From positions 51,028 through 114,376 of the forward strand of contig MQRK01218556.1 in assembly GCA_001938485.1 (NCBI GenBank): a DNA stretch of 63,349 nucleotides. The letters run 5' to 3'. This DNA is from Girardia tigrina. Its lineage: Eukaryota. Numbering within the stretch: the stretch's first letter is position 1; every line of letters begins with the position of its first letter. This document shows, piece after piece, positions 37,556 through 51,480 of the stretch. The notes under the pieces were generated by a model. That model saw only the letters and a program-made list of their open reading frames with translations. It ran no database searches and was not told the origin of the DNA. The translations under genes and the position numbers were made by a program.

Positions 37556-37558
<3 letters not shown>
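36680..37558 (-). mobile_element. Penelope-like 3' fragment (GIY-YIG region plus terminal repeat) between (TA)n tracts
   Basis: Minus-strand YILSIPYSEGF, VICSAIDLP, INIHVMGVTPHTLERHL, RVTSEALLIRSMDPKINIQ; short inverted copy of the terminal sequence at 37525-37558. Confidence 0.82.
36752..36796 (-). ncRNA. Minimal hammerhead ribozyme motif
   Basis: Minus strand agt-CTGAAGA-t-ggcgg gtaat ccacc-GAAA-ttaa-TT-aca; palindromic stem III attaat; stem I weak. Confidence 0.65.
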
Positions 37559-37600
<42 letters not shown>

Positions 37601-38019
37601 CTTATAGCAGTGATCTCATTCAACCCCCTTAATCACGTTATGGACCCCTAGGGGTCCACCTGACCCTATTGGGAAGCCCTGCTGTACACAATAAACTAAT
37701 CTTAAGTAACTTATTTAGAAAAATTCATATTTTTATTATCATGTCATTTCATTATCATTGAAATTGCAGTTTAAGAATTTTTTTAATTTAAAATATTTTA
37801 TCAAAAAAATAATTAAATAAAAATAAATATCAATTTAAAAAGTTTCAAACCTTATTATTTATAAAATTCAAGCTGGATGAGAATTTTTATGATAAACAAA
37901 AGTCATACATTTAAAGATATTTTTATAGACAATATATTTTGATGAACTAACCATGATCTTCAGCTCACTGACTAATTGTTTAATTCACCTGTACATAAAT
38001 GTCAACATGATGCTTATTT

Positions 38020-38520
38020 AACAGATTACATTGAATTATTTTTATCTTAAATTCACAAAAAGCCTGTTGAGATTACCGTTTGAACATTGATTTTAAGAAT
38101 AAAAGTAATTATCTAAAATTTGAGAAACTATTGATATTTCAAGATTCACAAGCGGCTTAATTATATGGGATAACTAAAATTCTTAAACATTCAGTCTGTA
38201 CAATGCTTTCAATGATTTGCAGTGTGTAGCGGAGGTACTTGATTTATTATTTAGAATCTTGATTTCTAATGAATTTTGAGATTTGGGATCATTTTGAGTT
38301 CAACCTTTTCTCTTTGAATCAAATATCGAAATGAAACTCTGAATGCATGGTCGCATTCGATGTCTCCAGTTTATCTACAAATTTGTTCATCGAAGAAACC
38401 ATTGATTGTTTTGAAAAATTATGAATAATTTTTATTCTGGGAATGAGACAATAAAGCTTTGAAAGAAATGCTTAAATTTTATGCAATAAATGTATTGTTT
38501 GTGTTTAGCGAAAAAAATGT
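38020..38520 (+). mobile_element. Decayed Penelope-like RT fragment
   Basis: LYGITKILK, MVAFDVSSL and EETID motifs in broken frames. Confidence 0.6.
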
Positions 38521-39536
38521 TCATTTTGAAAAATCAATCTAATATAACTTTTATGACGTCTTTTAAGAATAAAATCTATATAAAGCATTCTGTATTGTAC
38601 ACGATTATATGATTCATGTAGATGATATGCATACGATACTGTTCTGGTTTTTAAAAGTCTTTTTTTTTTTTTAAAGTTTTTAAAAAAATATATATATATA
38701 TATATAAATCCATACATTTAATAAATAAATTTTATATTTTTAAAAAAAATAGTTTTAGAAATTTATTATCTTAATTTTACATTTCTTTGTTATTTTATTT
38801 AAAAGACTTTTAATTTATACTAATGAAATGACAAGTATATATGATATAATTTTTATATAAATTATATAATTTTTATATATACATATAATTTTTTCGTATT
38901 TACAATTTTAGTCTATCGATTTTTCATGTACATTAAGTAATAAAACTCTAATAAAATTCCTGAAGCGATATTATCAGTTATTATATATAATTATTAACTA
39001 TATTTGTATTTTTTTAAAAATAATGAAATAGTTTTTATATCCTCTAAAACGAATAATGAAATGTTTTATCATAATGAAGAAAATACATTTATTAATAAAA
39101 TAGAAAAGGACCCGTCATGTATGGGTGAAAGCTAAATTTTATATTTGAAAGTTTCTCTTTTCAAAGATTTTTAAAATTTTTAAATTTGAAAATATTTTTA
39201 ATCTTAATATTCTAGAATCTAGAATAAATGATATATATATTTGGTACTTTTTTGCCCGTGACGACGGCCCGTAAAAAAACAAACAAAAATTTAATTTCAA
39301 TAAACTGCACTTCGCAGTTTTTTATTTGATGATTTGTTCTTCCCTTGTTTTCGATTTTTTAGTCGTTGACTCTCTTCAAAATTTTCTTTTTGACGTTCTC
39401 TATATCGACGTTGTCTATCTCTATTGATAAAGTAAGTCAACTGATCACAAAAAAATTCACTGTACTAATATTTTTTTTATTTTTTTTGGTAGGGAATGAT
39501 CAATTGACTTAATTTATTTAACTGTTAATAACTAGA

Positions 39537-39568
<32 letters not shown>

Positions 39569-40917
39569 NNNNNNNNNNNNNNNNNNNNNNNNNNNNNNNN
39601 NNNNNNNNNNNNNNNNNNATATATATATATATATATATAAATAGAGGAAACGAATTTTATTGTTCTTATAACAAGAATAAAAAAACTTTTAAAATTATAG
39701 TATTAATATAACAAATGACAAATTATTTCAAAAGATACCTGTAATTTAACTATAACAGTCTAATAACGTCAACCGTAAATTATTAAATGATCTCGCAACT
39801 TTGATATATTTTCTTATAGTAAATAACGTAGGTTATTTAATTTTTTTAATGGAAATATATTCTTTGTTGCTGCTTCTTCTTTTATTATCGAGAATGGGGA
39901 AATTCCTTCGTCTTTCGTAATTTTAAATTAATGACGACTATTCGGATAAAAATCTTGTTTATAGTCTTCGTCACCCAAGATAGTTAAATAATAAAATAAA
40001 ATATATTGTTGTTAGGAATTAATATTTCTGGCACGGATATTCGTACGACAATTCTTCCTTTGACAAATATAATTATTAATGTCTTTTTTAAATTAATATT
40101 ACTTGGCAATATTTAATTTATTGATTTATTTTTGAAATTTGAAATCGGGTATAATGTATGAGGGAAATATTGAGACAATCAAACTATAATGAAACATTTG
40201 ACGTGATTTTATTACGGCGTAGCGAAATATTTATTAGGAATTGATAATCGTAACTCGATTGAATGAAGAAAGCACATCGGAACACGAAACTCGACAACCG
40301 TAAAAAATTCACGCATCGAATCCTGATAACGTTATAGAAACAACTATCGGCCTAAATGAGACTAAAAATAATTGACACTAAATTAATACGAAACTGTCTA
40401 TTTGGATTCCTCAAATCTCTCAAGTGTACGAACGATTTACGTGAAATAACGAATGTATTTGTAAAATAAAGTTTAAAATTCTCATTACTTTAAAAGTTTT
40501 TTTAATAAAATATGAATTTACTTAAAAAAACAAATAAGAAAAATAAAATGACACAACTTTCCACGTACAAAAAAAATAAAATATACTTCAGACCACTTAA
40601 AACTATACAAAAAATAAATAAATAATATCTAACAGCATACACAGACCAAAAGACAAACAATCTCTTGCCTCTGGACTCTTTGTATAAAAAAACCAAAATC
40701 CGTTTCCTTCTACGTTAACAAAATATGTAAAAAAAAAAGAAATTGTGTCTCTGTGGTTATTACATCTATTAAGTTTTTTTCTACGTTTTTCGAGTAACTC
40801 TTTATCCATTTTCTTTGTCTCCCAATTTTATCGTAGTAAACTTTGAAAATTTTTCAAAAATTTTGACTAATTAGTATTGTAGGAAAATAATGATTGAGCG
40901 TTAATTATTAAAAAATT

Positions 40918-41085
40918 AACCTAAACCATAACCATAACACTAACCCTAACCCTTTCTCTAAACCCTAAGCTTAACCCTTAACCTTAAGATTTAACCTAAC
41001 CTAAACCCTATTCTTAAGCCTAAGCCTAACCTAACCCATTAACTCTAACCCTCACACCTTACCCTAATCATAACCGCTAACCCTA
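40918..41085. repeat. Degenerate (CCCTAA)n telomere-like repeat, probably subterminal to a MULE-like element (~40020-41210)
   Basis: cctaaccataaccataacactaaccctaacc...; a shorter tract is at 8941-8962. Confidence 0.75.
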
Positions 41086-41574
41086 TATAAATGAAATGTT
41101 GATAATATTTACAATTTTAAACTAAATTGATTTTTAACAATATAATTAATAAATTAATATGTTCAGAAAAATTTCTTAACAATTCTCACGGAATTCCTTG
41201 TAGGAATTATCCAAATCAGTATTTTTCGAATTCGGTGTAGATTTAACAGTCTATCAACCAGCCGGATTTTCGGTCGATTTCGTTAGCTTTCCGAAAAGAT
41301 AAAATTAAATCAATTTATTAAAAATAAAATAGTAAGTCAACTAGAATTTCTGGAAATCAAATGACTAATTATCTAAACATATGTATTAAGTTAGCAAACA
41401 ATTTCAAATGATTTTAAGAACATCGATTTTTGTTAGCCTAAAATTTAAAGTAATATATATGTAACTATCAAATGTCGTAACTATTTTTCTAATAAATGAA
41501 AAACTCCTGAAATATGAAGCCAATTCAAATGTCACAACTGCGAAGTCTTGAAGTATTAAAATTTTTATAATAGT

Positions 41575-42050
41575 TTAAAGCATGTTTTTGAGACGTATGA
41601 TGTAACAGTTTTTCAACTATATAAATTCTAATGAATCCTTTTTTTTCATTACACTGAAGATGTTATAGTGGATTAAAAGAAGACGAAAAATACATTAGCA
41701 AAAATACATTAAAAACAATCAATTCCTTTCTCCCAAACCAAAATTTGGCAGTTATCTATTGCCATTTGAGAAAACAGTATGTTTGCTCTCTCGTTCCGTA
41801 ATTTAAAAGGTAATGATAGAGATGAAAATTGAGATGAAACTTCTCCCACTCAATGCAATACACTGAATTTTAGCCTTCACATCAAACCTAAAACAATTTG
41901 AAATCTCATCGATGTAATTCAACTAAAATTTCTGACTGTGATAGAAAAATGTGTTCTCTCTACTGTACCAAGGTTCAGATATGGTGACATTCAGTATAAT
42001 AACACAATTAATCAGTGCCAGAGAATCACACACCGAAAAATTACATTTCG
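41575..42050. mobile_element. Penelope fragment: terminal repeat of the 31360-31470 family plus decayed minus-strand endonuclease remnant
   Basis: aagcatgtttttgagacgtatgatgtaa(c/t)agtttttcaactat...acactgaagatg is near-identical to 31361-31468 and truncated inside the hammerhead. Confidence 0.7.
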
Positions 42051-42794
42051 TTTAGCATTTTTTTCTTTCAAAATTTTTATATGTTATTTTATATATTTAT
42101 ATATATATATAATTATTTTTTGCCGACTAATTTTTAATGTTTTCTTGAATTTATTGTTTTAGTTTATTTTAATTAATAATTATTCTTATATTCTTCAACT
42201 GAAGAAGATAAATCATTATATTTATGTTATATTATCGTTGCCTCATGACAAATTAAATCAACTTTTTTCAAAATCTTTCCAGAACTCAAATGTATAGTAA
42301 ATTCTTTCTAATTATATACGTATATCTTTATTTAAAAAATATCGTGAAATAAATTTCCTAAAAAACTTTGGTACTCATTCTCACAGAATTTAGATGTTTC
42401 AAACTGCAAATATTAAATAAAATACATTTAACGTTAAATGAGTTTATAATTGAAAATTATATTTTCTTTATTCCATTTTCTGGTTAATGTGTAATTAATT
42501 AAGATATATATAAAGATGAAATTATACTTCAAGGAAAGATACAACAAGATTTTATAGACTATCAAGAATAAAAAATATATTATCCAAAGCTGAAGAGTTT
42601 TAGTTATATTTTTTTAATATGAATGTTTTTCGAGAATAAAATAAAATATTAAAATTTATATATATCATTATTATATGTCATTATCATTATATATCATTAT
42701 ACTTTTATATATTATTATTAAAATTTATATTTATATTATTACAAAACGGTAATTAAACTATTTTAACAAGTTTTTGATCTACATTTTGATAATT

Positions 42795-42830
<36 letters not shown>

Positions 42831-43009
42831 TTTGTTTTAATTTCTCTATTTTATTGTAACGATATTTTGCGAAAATAATTCTTCAACTGGTTTCTTTAAA
42901 AAAATGATCATGTAAAAAATATATATAATTATTACTTAACTTTTGTTAATAATAATCTTTTTTAATTTAATTATTAAAACACTCCTAAATTTCTAACAGA
43001 AATACTAGT

Positions 43010-45170
43010 ATATGGAATTGACCACAACACCTAATTGTCTTTTAAGTAAACTAATCCCCGAGGAGTGTAAAAAACATTACTTTATGAAACGAGAAATTCC
43101 CTGCTTCTTGGAGAGAGGCGAAAGTCGTAATACTCTTCAAGGGCAAAAGCTCCAGAAAGGACCCAAACAACTACCGAGGTATCTTTCTCTTGCATGTTGG
43201 TGGAAAGATTCTCACGAGAATTCTAACAAACCGCATCTTTCCGATCTCTGAGGTAATTATTGAAAATTGACAATTTTGATTCCGGCCAAGCTGAGGGACC
43301 CAACAAGCTATCTGTATCTTAAAGAAAATCCAGGTACAAGAATATACACACCTTTGTCATATTCATTGACTTAGAGAAAGCATTCGACAATGTCCCTAGG
43401 GAGTCGCTCTGGGATTGTTTAAAGCGACTAGGGATAAGAGGGAGAATGCTGGAAATCATCAAACTCTTCCATGAGAGATTTCAGGATTTCATTGCAAATA
43501 ACGCTTTTCCAATGGAAAAGGAAGTGTGTCAAGGTTGTTGTTTTAGAACCGCTCCTCTTCAAAATCGTCAAAATCGACAGTACTGAAACGAGCGATATTT
43601 AATGGACTCTCTGGAAGAGTTAAGATAAAAACAGAAGAAGGGGATATACTGGAGATTAATAGACTAGCTTATGCGGTCGACCTTTACCTTATCGACCACG
43701 ACTGGAATAATTTGATTCATAACTTGAACATTCTCAAAAGAACATTTAATGATTTTGATCTAAAAATCAATACTGGGAAGAATAAAGTTATGAATCTCAA
43801 TGGAGATACCAGAGTTCTCACTGCTGGGCACCAGCTTGAGGCATGTATTGAGTGGGTCACGAAGTTTAACTACTTAGGATCCAATATCTCCTGTGACGGT
43901 ATGGTTGAAGATGAAATACGAGAGAGGGTAACAAAAGGCATCAAAAAAGTAGGAACTCTTAAACCGGTACTGATTATCTCCAAGTTAAGTATAAGGAACA
44001 AGAAGAAAATTATCCTGATTTGTATCTACCCTGCAGTTTATTACAGTAGTGAAAACTGGAGCACTACAGAGACGAGTATACAGAAACTACTGGCCTTCCA
44101 TAACCTATGTTCGAGAATGGTTATTGGAGTGAAGAAGACAGAAAGGATTCAAACGGAACTTATAGACATAGGGCTACCACATCCAATGGATATAATTGCA
44201 TGTAAAAGACTCACGGTTCATTGCAAAATGGACTCCACAGAGACAAACATACTTCAGACACTGTGGAGAGCAACTATACCAATTGGAAAGAAGATTAGTG
44301 GAAGGATCAAACAAATGATGAATGAATGTCTCCGAGTCGATGTGAAATGCTATTTGGTGAAGATGCTGATTACAATGAATTTGTACAACATATTATTCGC
44401 CGAAACCCCATCATTTTACAGAGCACATACAAAGGACTCATAAGGAAAGGAAGATCGGAAAAGGCAGCTACAAGTTTACTCTAACCGAGAGAGAAGATAA
44501 TTCAATGCTCTATAGAAAACTGCTTCAAAGAGTTTGCAGACGCAAAGGAACTGAACAGGCACATTAGGAGGGATCCCATAGAGAGGTTATCAGGAAGAAC
44601 TGGATGGAGCTAACAAATTTAAGTGCCACAAATGCAACAAAAGTTATAAGACAAGAGGATAGTTAATAAGAAATTTGAATAAGGATCACAGAGAAGACAT
44701 GACCACAGAGAAAAAAATCAAATTCAAAATTTGAAAATTCAAAATTTAAAAAATGAAACAAATGAAGGAAGCAATACAACGGAAGCAGACACACCTCAAG
44801 ATATACCAACTACCAATCCTGGGTTAGCGATAGAACCTCCGACTATCTCAATGCTGGTGGAGCAAACGATTAATCCCGAAGATACACACTTGACTTTTAG
44901 AATCACTGACTCATCAGCGAGGGGAGAGTTCAATTGCCCCTTTTGCGGCTGTGCTAATTCAACTAACACAGTCAAGTGAATGCTCAATCATGGTACCACA
45001 GTACAGGTCGTTTGTAACAGGGAAGCCAAAGAGATCTCGGCGACAGAAGTGATTCGACCCCATAGGAAAACTATCGGGGAGCAACTAGCACTCTTTAGTT
45101 TGGATAGACCCTCTAAAGAGCCTAGTAGATCAATACAATTCGAAAGAGATGGGAGTCTCACTTTATGATG
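43010..45170 (+). mobile_element. 5'-truncated, frameshifted RTE-like non-LTR retrotransposon with C-terminal C2H2 zinc-finger-like motifs
   Basis: FIDLEKAFDNVPRESLW, VCQGC, LAYAVDL (YADD), LKINTGKNKVM, VTKFNYLGSNI, YYSSENW; then CxxxxC..LNRH, CHKCNKSY..H and CPFCGC..MLNHGTT. Confidence 0.9.
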
Positions 45171-46029
45171 TGTCTAAATAGTTATAATAATATTACTATT
45201 AAAAGTAAAAATATTATAAAAATTTCTTTAATTTAACATTCATCAAACAAGTTTTAAAAATCGAATCAAAAATGATATTCGATTTCAAGTTTTTATTTAA
45301 TATTTAGGAAAACTATCAATAATTCTTTTATGTAGAAGTTTATTTAATAAAAATTTCTGAACTTAAATATTCCATTATCATTATATATAATTAAATCAAA
45401 AGCAAAATTAATCGAGTTATTTTCATTCTCCTTAGAATTGTCAAAAATAAAATCAGAAAAGTAGGGCTGGGTTTACGTTGGAATTTCTTCAAACAAATTC
45501 TAATTGAGACAAAATGGTTAAAATTTTTTAAGAATGAGATCTGTGGATTTTGTCATGTCTTTACGTTCTCTTGATATCGGTGCCGAAACAATAACAGTAC
45601 AAAATGTACTTGATATAATTTTCAAATGGTGTTGCATTATATGATACATATACCTAACAACTACTATGTAACAACACATGTTTTATATTCCAATGAACAT
45701 TTTTTATTCAAATGAAAAGGAATGAAAATCGAAATAATTTCGAAGAATTTTTAAACATGTGCAGCTACAATGTGTTTCTTGGGCAGTGATACATTTTGAT
45801 ATTAACCAAAATTTCATATGAAACATTATTTACAATGTTCCGTGCTACATAAAATATTCGAATTTTACTATATTAAATATAAATAATAGAAAAAAAATTA
45901 ATAAAAAGTGATAATTAATGTAAAAATATGAATGAAAATAATAAATTCATTAAACACAAATTCCCTTCTTTTATACAATAAAAATCATCTAATCGAATAT
46001 AATCAGAAGTCCTTATTTTGATTCATTAA

Positions 46030-46700
46030 TTTACCCTTTTGAAAACGGCATGGGTTAGATCGGCCCATGAGGTAATAACTTTTGTAAATATTCATATTTA
46101 CATTAAATATCATATTTTAATTACATATTTTCATTACGATTTTTTTGCCATCTCTGATATATTTTTGTATGTGTTTTATTAAATTTTATTATTATTATTT
46201 TTTGCTTTATTTGTTTTTTTGCGTTACAAGAGGTTTTTTTCGACACGTGTTTTTTTTATTTTTTTGTCGTTGAGGTTGATAGGTGATTTTTTATTTTTTT
46301 ATTTTTTGTTAAATTATCATTATAACGACATAATATCGATATGATGATAGGAATATTGAATTTAGAATTATTATTATGCTTTATTACCGAATTTTTGTCT
46401 GAAAAAATATTCTATTTTTTCGTAACTGTATTAAAAGATTGAGTTTTGCTTTCTCAATTTCTTTCAACCTTAACCACGGTATAACAGTCTATCGCTCCTA
46501 TGATCAAGAGCTAAAGTTTTGTTTTTGTGATCCATGAAATTGCTGAGTTATTAAAGATCCATTTATCGGCTCCGGAGTCCAACAAACCGTGAAAGTACAT
46601 GGATGAAGTTTACAAGCCAGGAATAAAGTAACAATTTTATTATCTACTTCATCTACCGACTAATTTAGGGGCTAACCACAAGGTATCATATTTTTCCTTA
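46030..46700 (+). mobile_element. piggyBac-like remnant
   Basis: ccctttt... left end after an AT-rich site; decayed NKP*KY..MKF motif at ~46580. Confidence 0.35.
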
Positions 46701-47236
46701 ATTAACTAGTCACCTATTTCTTGCTTACTGTGTGATTTGGGTTTGTTCAACTATTTATTCTGTCACAGCATTATTCTATTATTACTGTTTATTAAGTATT
46801 ATAAGTTATTCAAATATTAATAAAATTTATGTATTGCCATAGTTAGTTCTGGGTACTGATTAATATAGTTATATATACAAATAGTTTAAGAATAGTTCTA
46901 TCAGTGGTCAAAGTGTTATTTAATTGTTGGAATTATTCTTTTACAACTTTTAAACCACATGAGATACTACATAAAAAATCACCTCAAGTTAAAGATCACA
47001 ATTAGTTCAATCAAATAGTTTAACGAAATAGTTTAAGATGAGTTTGCATTATATTAGAAAGAAAAAAAAATATTAAAGCTGCAAAAATGTGTAATCTTCA
47101 AAACTTTTCCTTTTTTCACAAAATAATTTATTCGATCACCCTTGAAATTTTACCTTAGATTACTCGATAAATGTTCTATGTTCATTGTAAAACATTTTAA
47201 TTACATAAATGTTTAAAAAAAAAATAAAATCTTCAA

Positions 47237-47267
<31 letters not shown>

Positions 47268-47288
47268 ATTTTACATACATATATTCAA

Positions 47289-48250
47289 ATAGGTTGCCTT
47301 TCAAGTAGTGCTCAATCAGAAAATATCGTTAAGGTGCTGCAACATGCGGACCATGTACTAAATTCGCAACACTTTATTAACGTCGAATGCGTAAAACTTC
47401 TCTTTAGTCCTTGTGTTTTGGGGATTGTCCTTCTGATAAAAACGCGTTTTTCTTGAATTAAGTTAGGATATCTCTCTATCAATCTTTCGTGAATGTGGTA
47501 TGATTGTTGACAAGAGTTTTCCATTATAGAACGACTAGTAAATACAAGTTAATTGTGAAAACCGATTTAAGATTTCCACCAAACAAAATAATGATCTTCT
47601 GGTAAAATTGGTCTGGACGCATAGAACCCATTATTTGATTTTATTAGTCAAAGCGTATCATACGTTTCCAGAATTAGTCGTTCATTGGATTGTAGAGCAA
47701 AATTTAAATATTTTTGCGGTTTGAGATACAACTAGCTAGTATGGATCTTTGAGTGGCTTCTTGTAAACATAATACAGTCGTTTAAGATGGTGATGAATTT
47801 TAAATTTATTAAACTTTAAACATAGGTACAAAATCTTGAGTAATTTATGATTTTATGGTGTTCAAAACAACTTACAAGTCTTCGTGGTCCAAATTTGGTA
47901 AGTTGATCAGAACGGAATGTATCCTTAAGACTCGTGTCTCTCAATTTAAATCGTTGGTAGCACATTATCATGGTCATATGATAAACAGTTATTTCGTCGT
48001 CTGCATCACAAATCTCTTTTAGGATTTTTTGTTGCCAGATTTGATTTCCAGTAATAGCGGATCAAAACTTGAATTTCAAATTTATCAATCGTAATTGATT
48101 ATTATAAAAACATTGATGTAAAATCAATTCTAAGAAAACCACTATATGCATATGAGATGATAAAGATGAACAGAGTAGGACAGAAGAAAATGTCTCTCAA
48201 GCCTAATAGAACTTTCGATATAACATACTATTTTCAGTACCCCAACATTA
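47289..48250 (-). mobile_element. Decayed mariner remnant
   Basis: TIR-like taggttgcctttcaagt; minus-strand fragments of mariner-type transposase, heavily eroded. Confidence 0.55.
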
Positions 48251-50624
48251 TTTATTTTTTGAAAATATGATGATATTTAGAATTTGATATAAAATAAAAC
48301 GTTTTGAAGCTGACCATTTCATTGAACCTTACAAGCTGAATGTATACAAACATTTTCATATAAAAGTGTAATACTAATCTATGAAATAATTCTTTCAGTC
48401 ATAAAATCTGTTACTTAAATTATAATATTTTATTTATGGAATTTATATTTTTATTGATTTTCTTATTTCTTATTTTATAAAAGCTCTTTTAGCCAGCCTT
48501 TCTAACAAATCGGCTAATTGTCTAATGACGTAAAAACATCTTAACAGATTTATTTACTTATTAAATAGCGATTGTAATTAAATTACAATCCCACCATCTT
48601 TTCTAAATCTACGCTTCATTAACCAGCATAAGTTTAAGACTCAAATATTCGATCTCCGTGTACAAATGTTCGCGTAATACATAATGCAAAAAACGACTTT
48701 TGAGACTCTCATTTTCCATTGTAACACACCGAAATAAAACCATTACTCTCCCTCTTTTTAGACATAATTAACAGTGTTTTGTTTTAGTATTTATAAGAGT
48801 AAATATCTTTGTATAATTCATGATTATAAATGTAGTTAGTCTAATTGGAATTAAACATCGATGTTTAAGAAGAATAATCCTGATCTTTGAATACGAAAAG
48901 ATCTTGTTAAGTCAAGAGAACAGAATAAAAATTTTGAATATTTCAATTATTTTTGTTTTATCAGTCGGAAAATATAAAATGATTTTAACATTTTGAGAGT
49001 TCAAAAAAGAACAATGAAATTACACCAAAACAAGAAGTCTGCTTTTTGAAATTACAAATTTCATCAACTAAGAATTATATTTTGCTGAGAAATATTCTAA
49101 CAATATAATATTTATAATATATTTATAATATAATATTTATTATATTTATAAAATATAATATCCTTGGTAAATTGAAGAAAAGGTTGAGTCCTCGATTATG
49201 TAAGCGATGATGGTAATCTGTGGTTTTAAAGACAAAAGATGAAGGACGTGATAAAATATTTCTTATAGGATATTCTAAAATGTCTTACATCAAGCCCAAA
49301 GCTTCAGACCGATCGAAAATGCTAACTAAAAAGGATGCTTACTCGTTTATAATTCAACAAACATTGATAATATAACTAACTTTATTAATGTAATTAAAAA
49401 TGATAATAAGAGGAAATTAAAATGACAGAAAACGCAAAGAAAATCTTTGTTAATGATGTCAGAGATTAATGGATAAATTGCTGTTATAATCAAAATAATT
49501 TATTTTTTCTCCATCAAAGACTGATTGAATATGTAATTAATATTGAAGTTAATTTTTCCTCTTATATAAATAAATAATTTATTTATCCATTGGATAAAGT
49601 CTCCTCTCCTTCTGTCGTAAAGCGTTTTACGTTTACTGGTGCAAAGAAAGTATAAAACTATTATATTTCTTTTAATTTTCTGAAGACAATTTTTCGTTTC
49701 AAAGTTGTTATTTTATTTAAAAAAAACATTTTATGGATAGTGTTTTTATTATCTAACATTTTTTTGTTATCTAACATATAATGAAATCACACCTCTGTTT
49801 ACATATACATTCTCTCAACGATATAAATACTACAATTTAAGTTTTTAAACAAATATTTTCGAGGAACTTTCGAGGAAAATTCTATTTTCAGTTGTTTTTA
49901 TGTATTCCTTTTTTTAATGAAAGTTATATTTTAATTTGGTCTTAAATCAATTATAATTTAATTTAAAATTTATAAATTAATATCATTTTTTATTTGTTTA
50001 ATATTTACATAAACGTTACAAAATAATTTTCTAGTTTATTTATTAGTTTTCACATTAAATTTTATGTTTCATATAAAATTATAATTTACTTTTTTAATAA
50101 ATCTATTTATTGGTTTTATATTTTTAGCAATATTTATATTTATTTAAATTTATTTTGATCTTAAAAAAATTTATTATAAAACAATTTCCAAGTCATAATA
50201 TTATTTGTTTAAATAATATTTAATGAAAAGTTTTATTTCTGGAAATATGCAACAATCTTCTACTTACAATCAACAAGGTAGGTTTTTTATTTAAAATATT
50301 TCTTTTCGATGTACGATGTGTGATGTACGATTAAATACGTAGATACTTAAATATATTCATATCTATAGTTAGATGAAAAGATATATAGATAAATATATAT
50401 TAAAGTATAGATAGATTTATTGATTGATTGATGTACAGATAGATTGTTAAATGTATGATGAACGATGAACGATATAGTTAAATTAATTTTTTTCCTTCCA
50501 GATTTTTCCTTCTTGTTTTCTTTTTTTTAATTTTCTTTGTCATTATTGTAGCACAATAGCAAATATCAATGACCAAATAAAAATTTAGATTTTAATTTTG
50601 CTGCTTTATATTTTAATGTTATTT

Positions 50625-50752
50625 TTCGGATGCATTGTTTAACGGTGTATTTTTTTCAGGCATCGTTTAACGATGAAGGTTTTCGATGCATCGTTAACGA
50701 TGCGTGTTTTGATATATCGACTCATCGTTAAACGATACATCGTCGCTCCCTA
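50625..50752. mobile_element. hAT-like terminus with repeated catcgttaacgatg palindromes
   Basis: Ends catcgtcgctcccta (reverse complement tagggagcgacgatg); several catcgtt(t)aacgatg subterminal motifs. Confidence 0.55.
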
Positions 50753-50789
50753 ATATTTTTTACAAATTTGAATAATTGTACTAATTTAC

Positions 50790-51480
50790 TGTCAAATGGT
50801 TCTACTTTCCTCTGAACATCCAGTAATCATAAAGATCAATACCAAATTTTCTGGTAATTTTTATGCCTTTTGCAACGTTATACCTTTTGGTTGAACGTTA
50901 TCACACGGAAAAATAACATTTTCATGTCTTTACTTTTTGCTTATAATTTACAACACTTTTTTGTCTTATTTTACCTTTGATGGAATCATGAATCTTCAGC
51001 TTTATTGTTATTATTTATGACTAAGCCTTATGAATTATATTTTTTCATGATGTTATCACAGAATACCCATTTCACATCACTAGTCACAATCCGATGTAAA
51101 ACATTCCTTCGTTGTTGTATTTGTTGTATCAACTGCTAACCAGTGAAAAATCGCCTATTAATGTCTCTCTTTTTTAGTCAACCACATTGACTTGCTTGTG
51201 AATCTTTCTTATAGATTTCAACCGGAGGAAATGGTTTTCCAAGTTCCTCTTGCGCTTGACTTGGATCTTCATGTAGTAATGCCTACAGTTTACTAAACGT
51301 TTAAATCACCATTCTTGAAACATGGAAATCAATCCATGTATTATTTATCAGTTGTAGAATCGTCATCATAAACTTCAACAAGCTTTCGATCCGTTCAAAC
51401 GGTACTTTGTTACCAATTAAAGCAAAAAACTAAGTATCTACCATTTTTACTTCTTAGTTAACGGGCAGTTTGATATATAA
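50790..51480 (-). mobile_element. Decayed mariner remnant
   Basis: Minus-strand fragments RKLVEVYDDDS, WFPCSRMVI, RIVTSDVKWV. Confidence 0.6.

Larger units (their letters stand above)
32620..37681 (-). mobile_element. hAT Buster/Charlie-type element with nested insertions
   Basis: TIRs cagggcttccaa ... ttgggaagccctg; imperfect 8-bp TSD ctgtagta/ctgtacac; decayed ZBED5/SCAND3-like transposase 32670-34030 (SMKPVKL, GRPHTIAENLIKP, VDES, CIDGVPSMIG, VRWLSLGNCLTRF). Confidence 0.88.
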
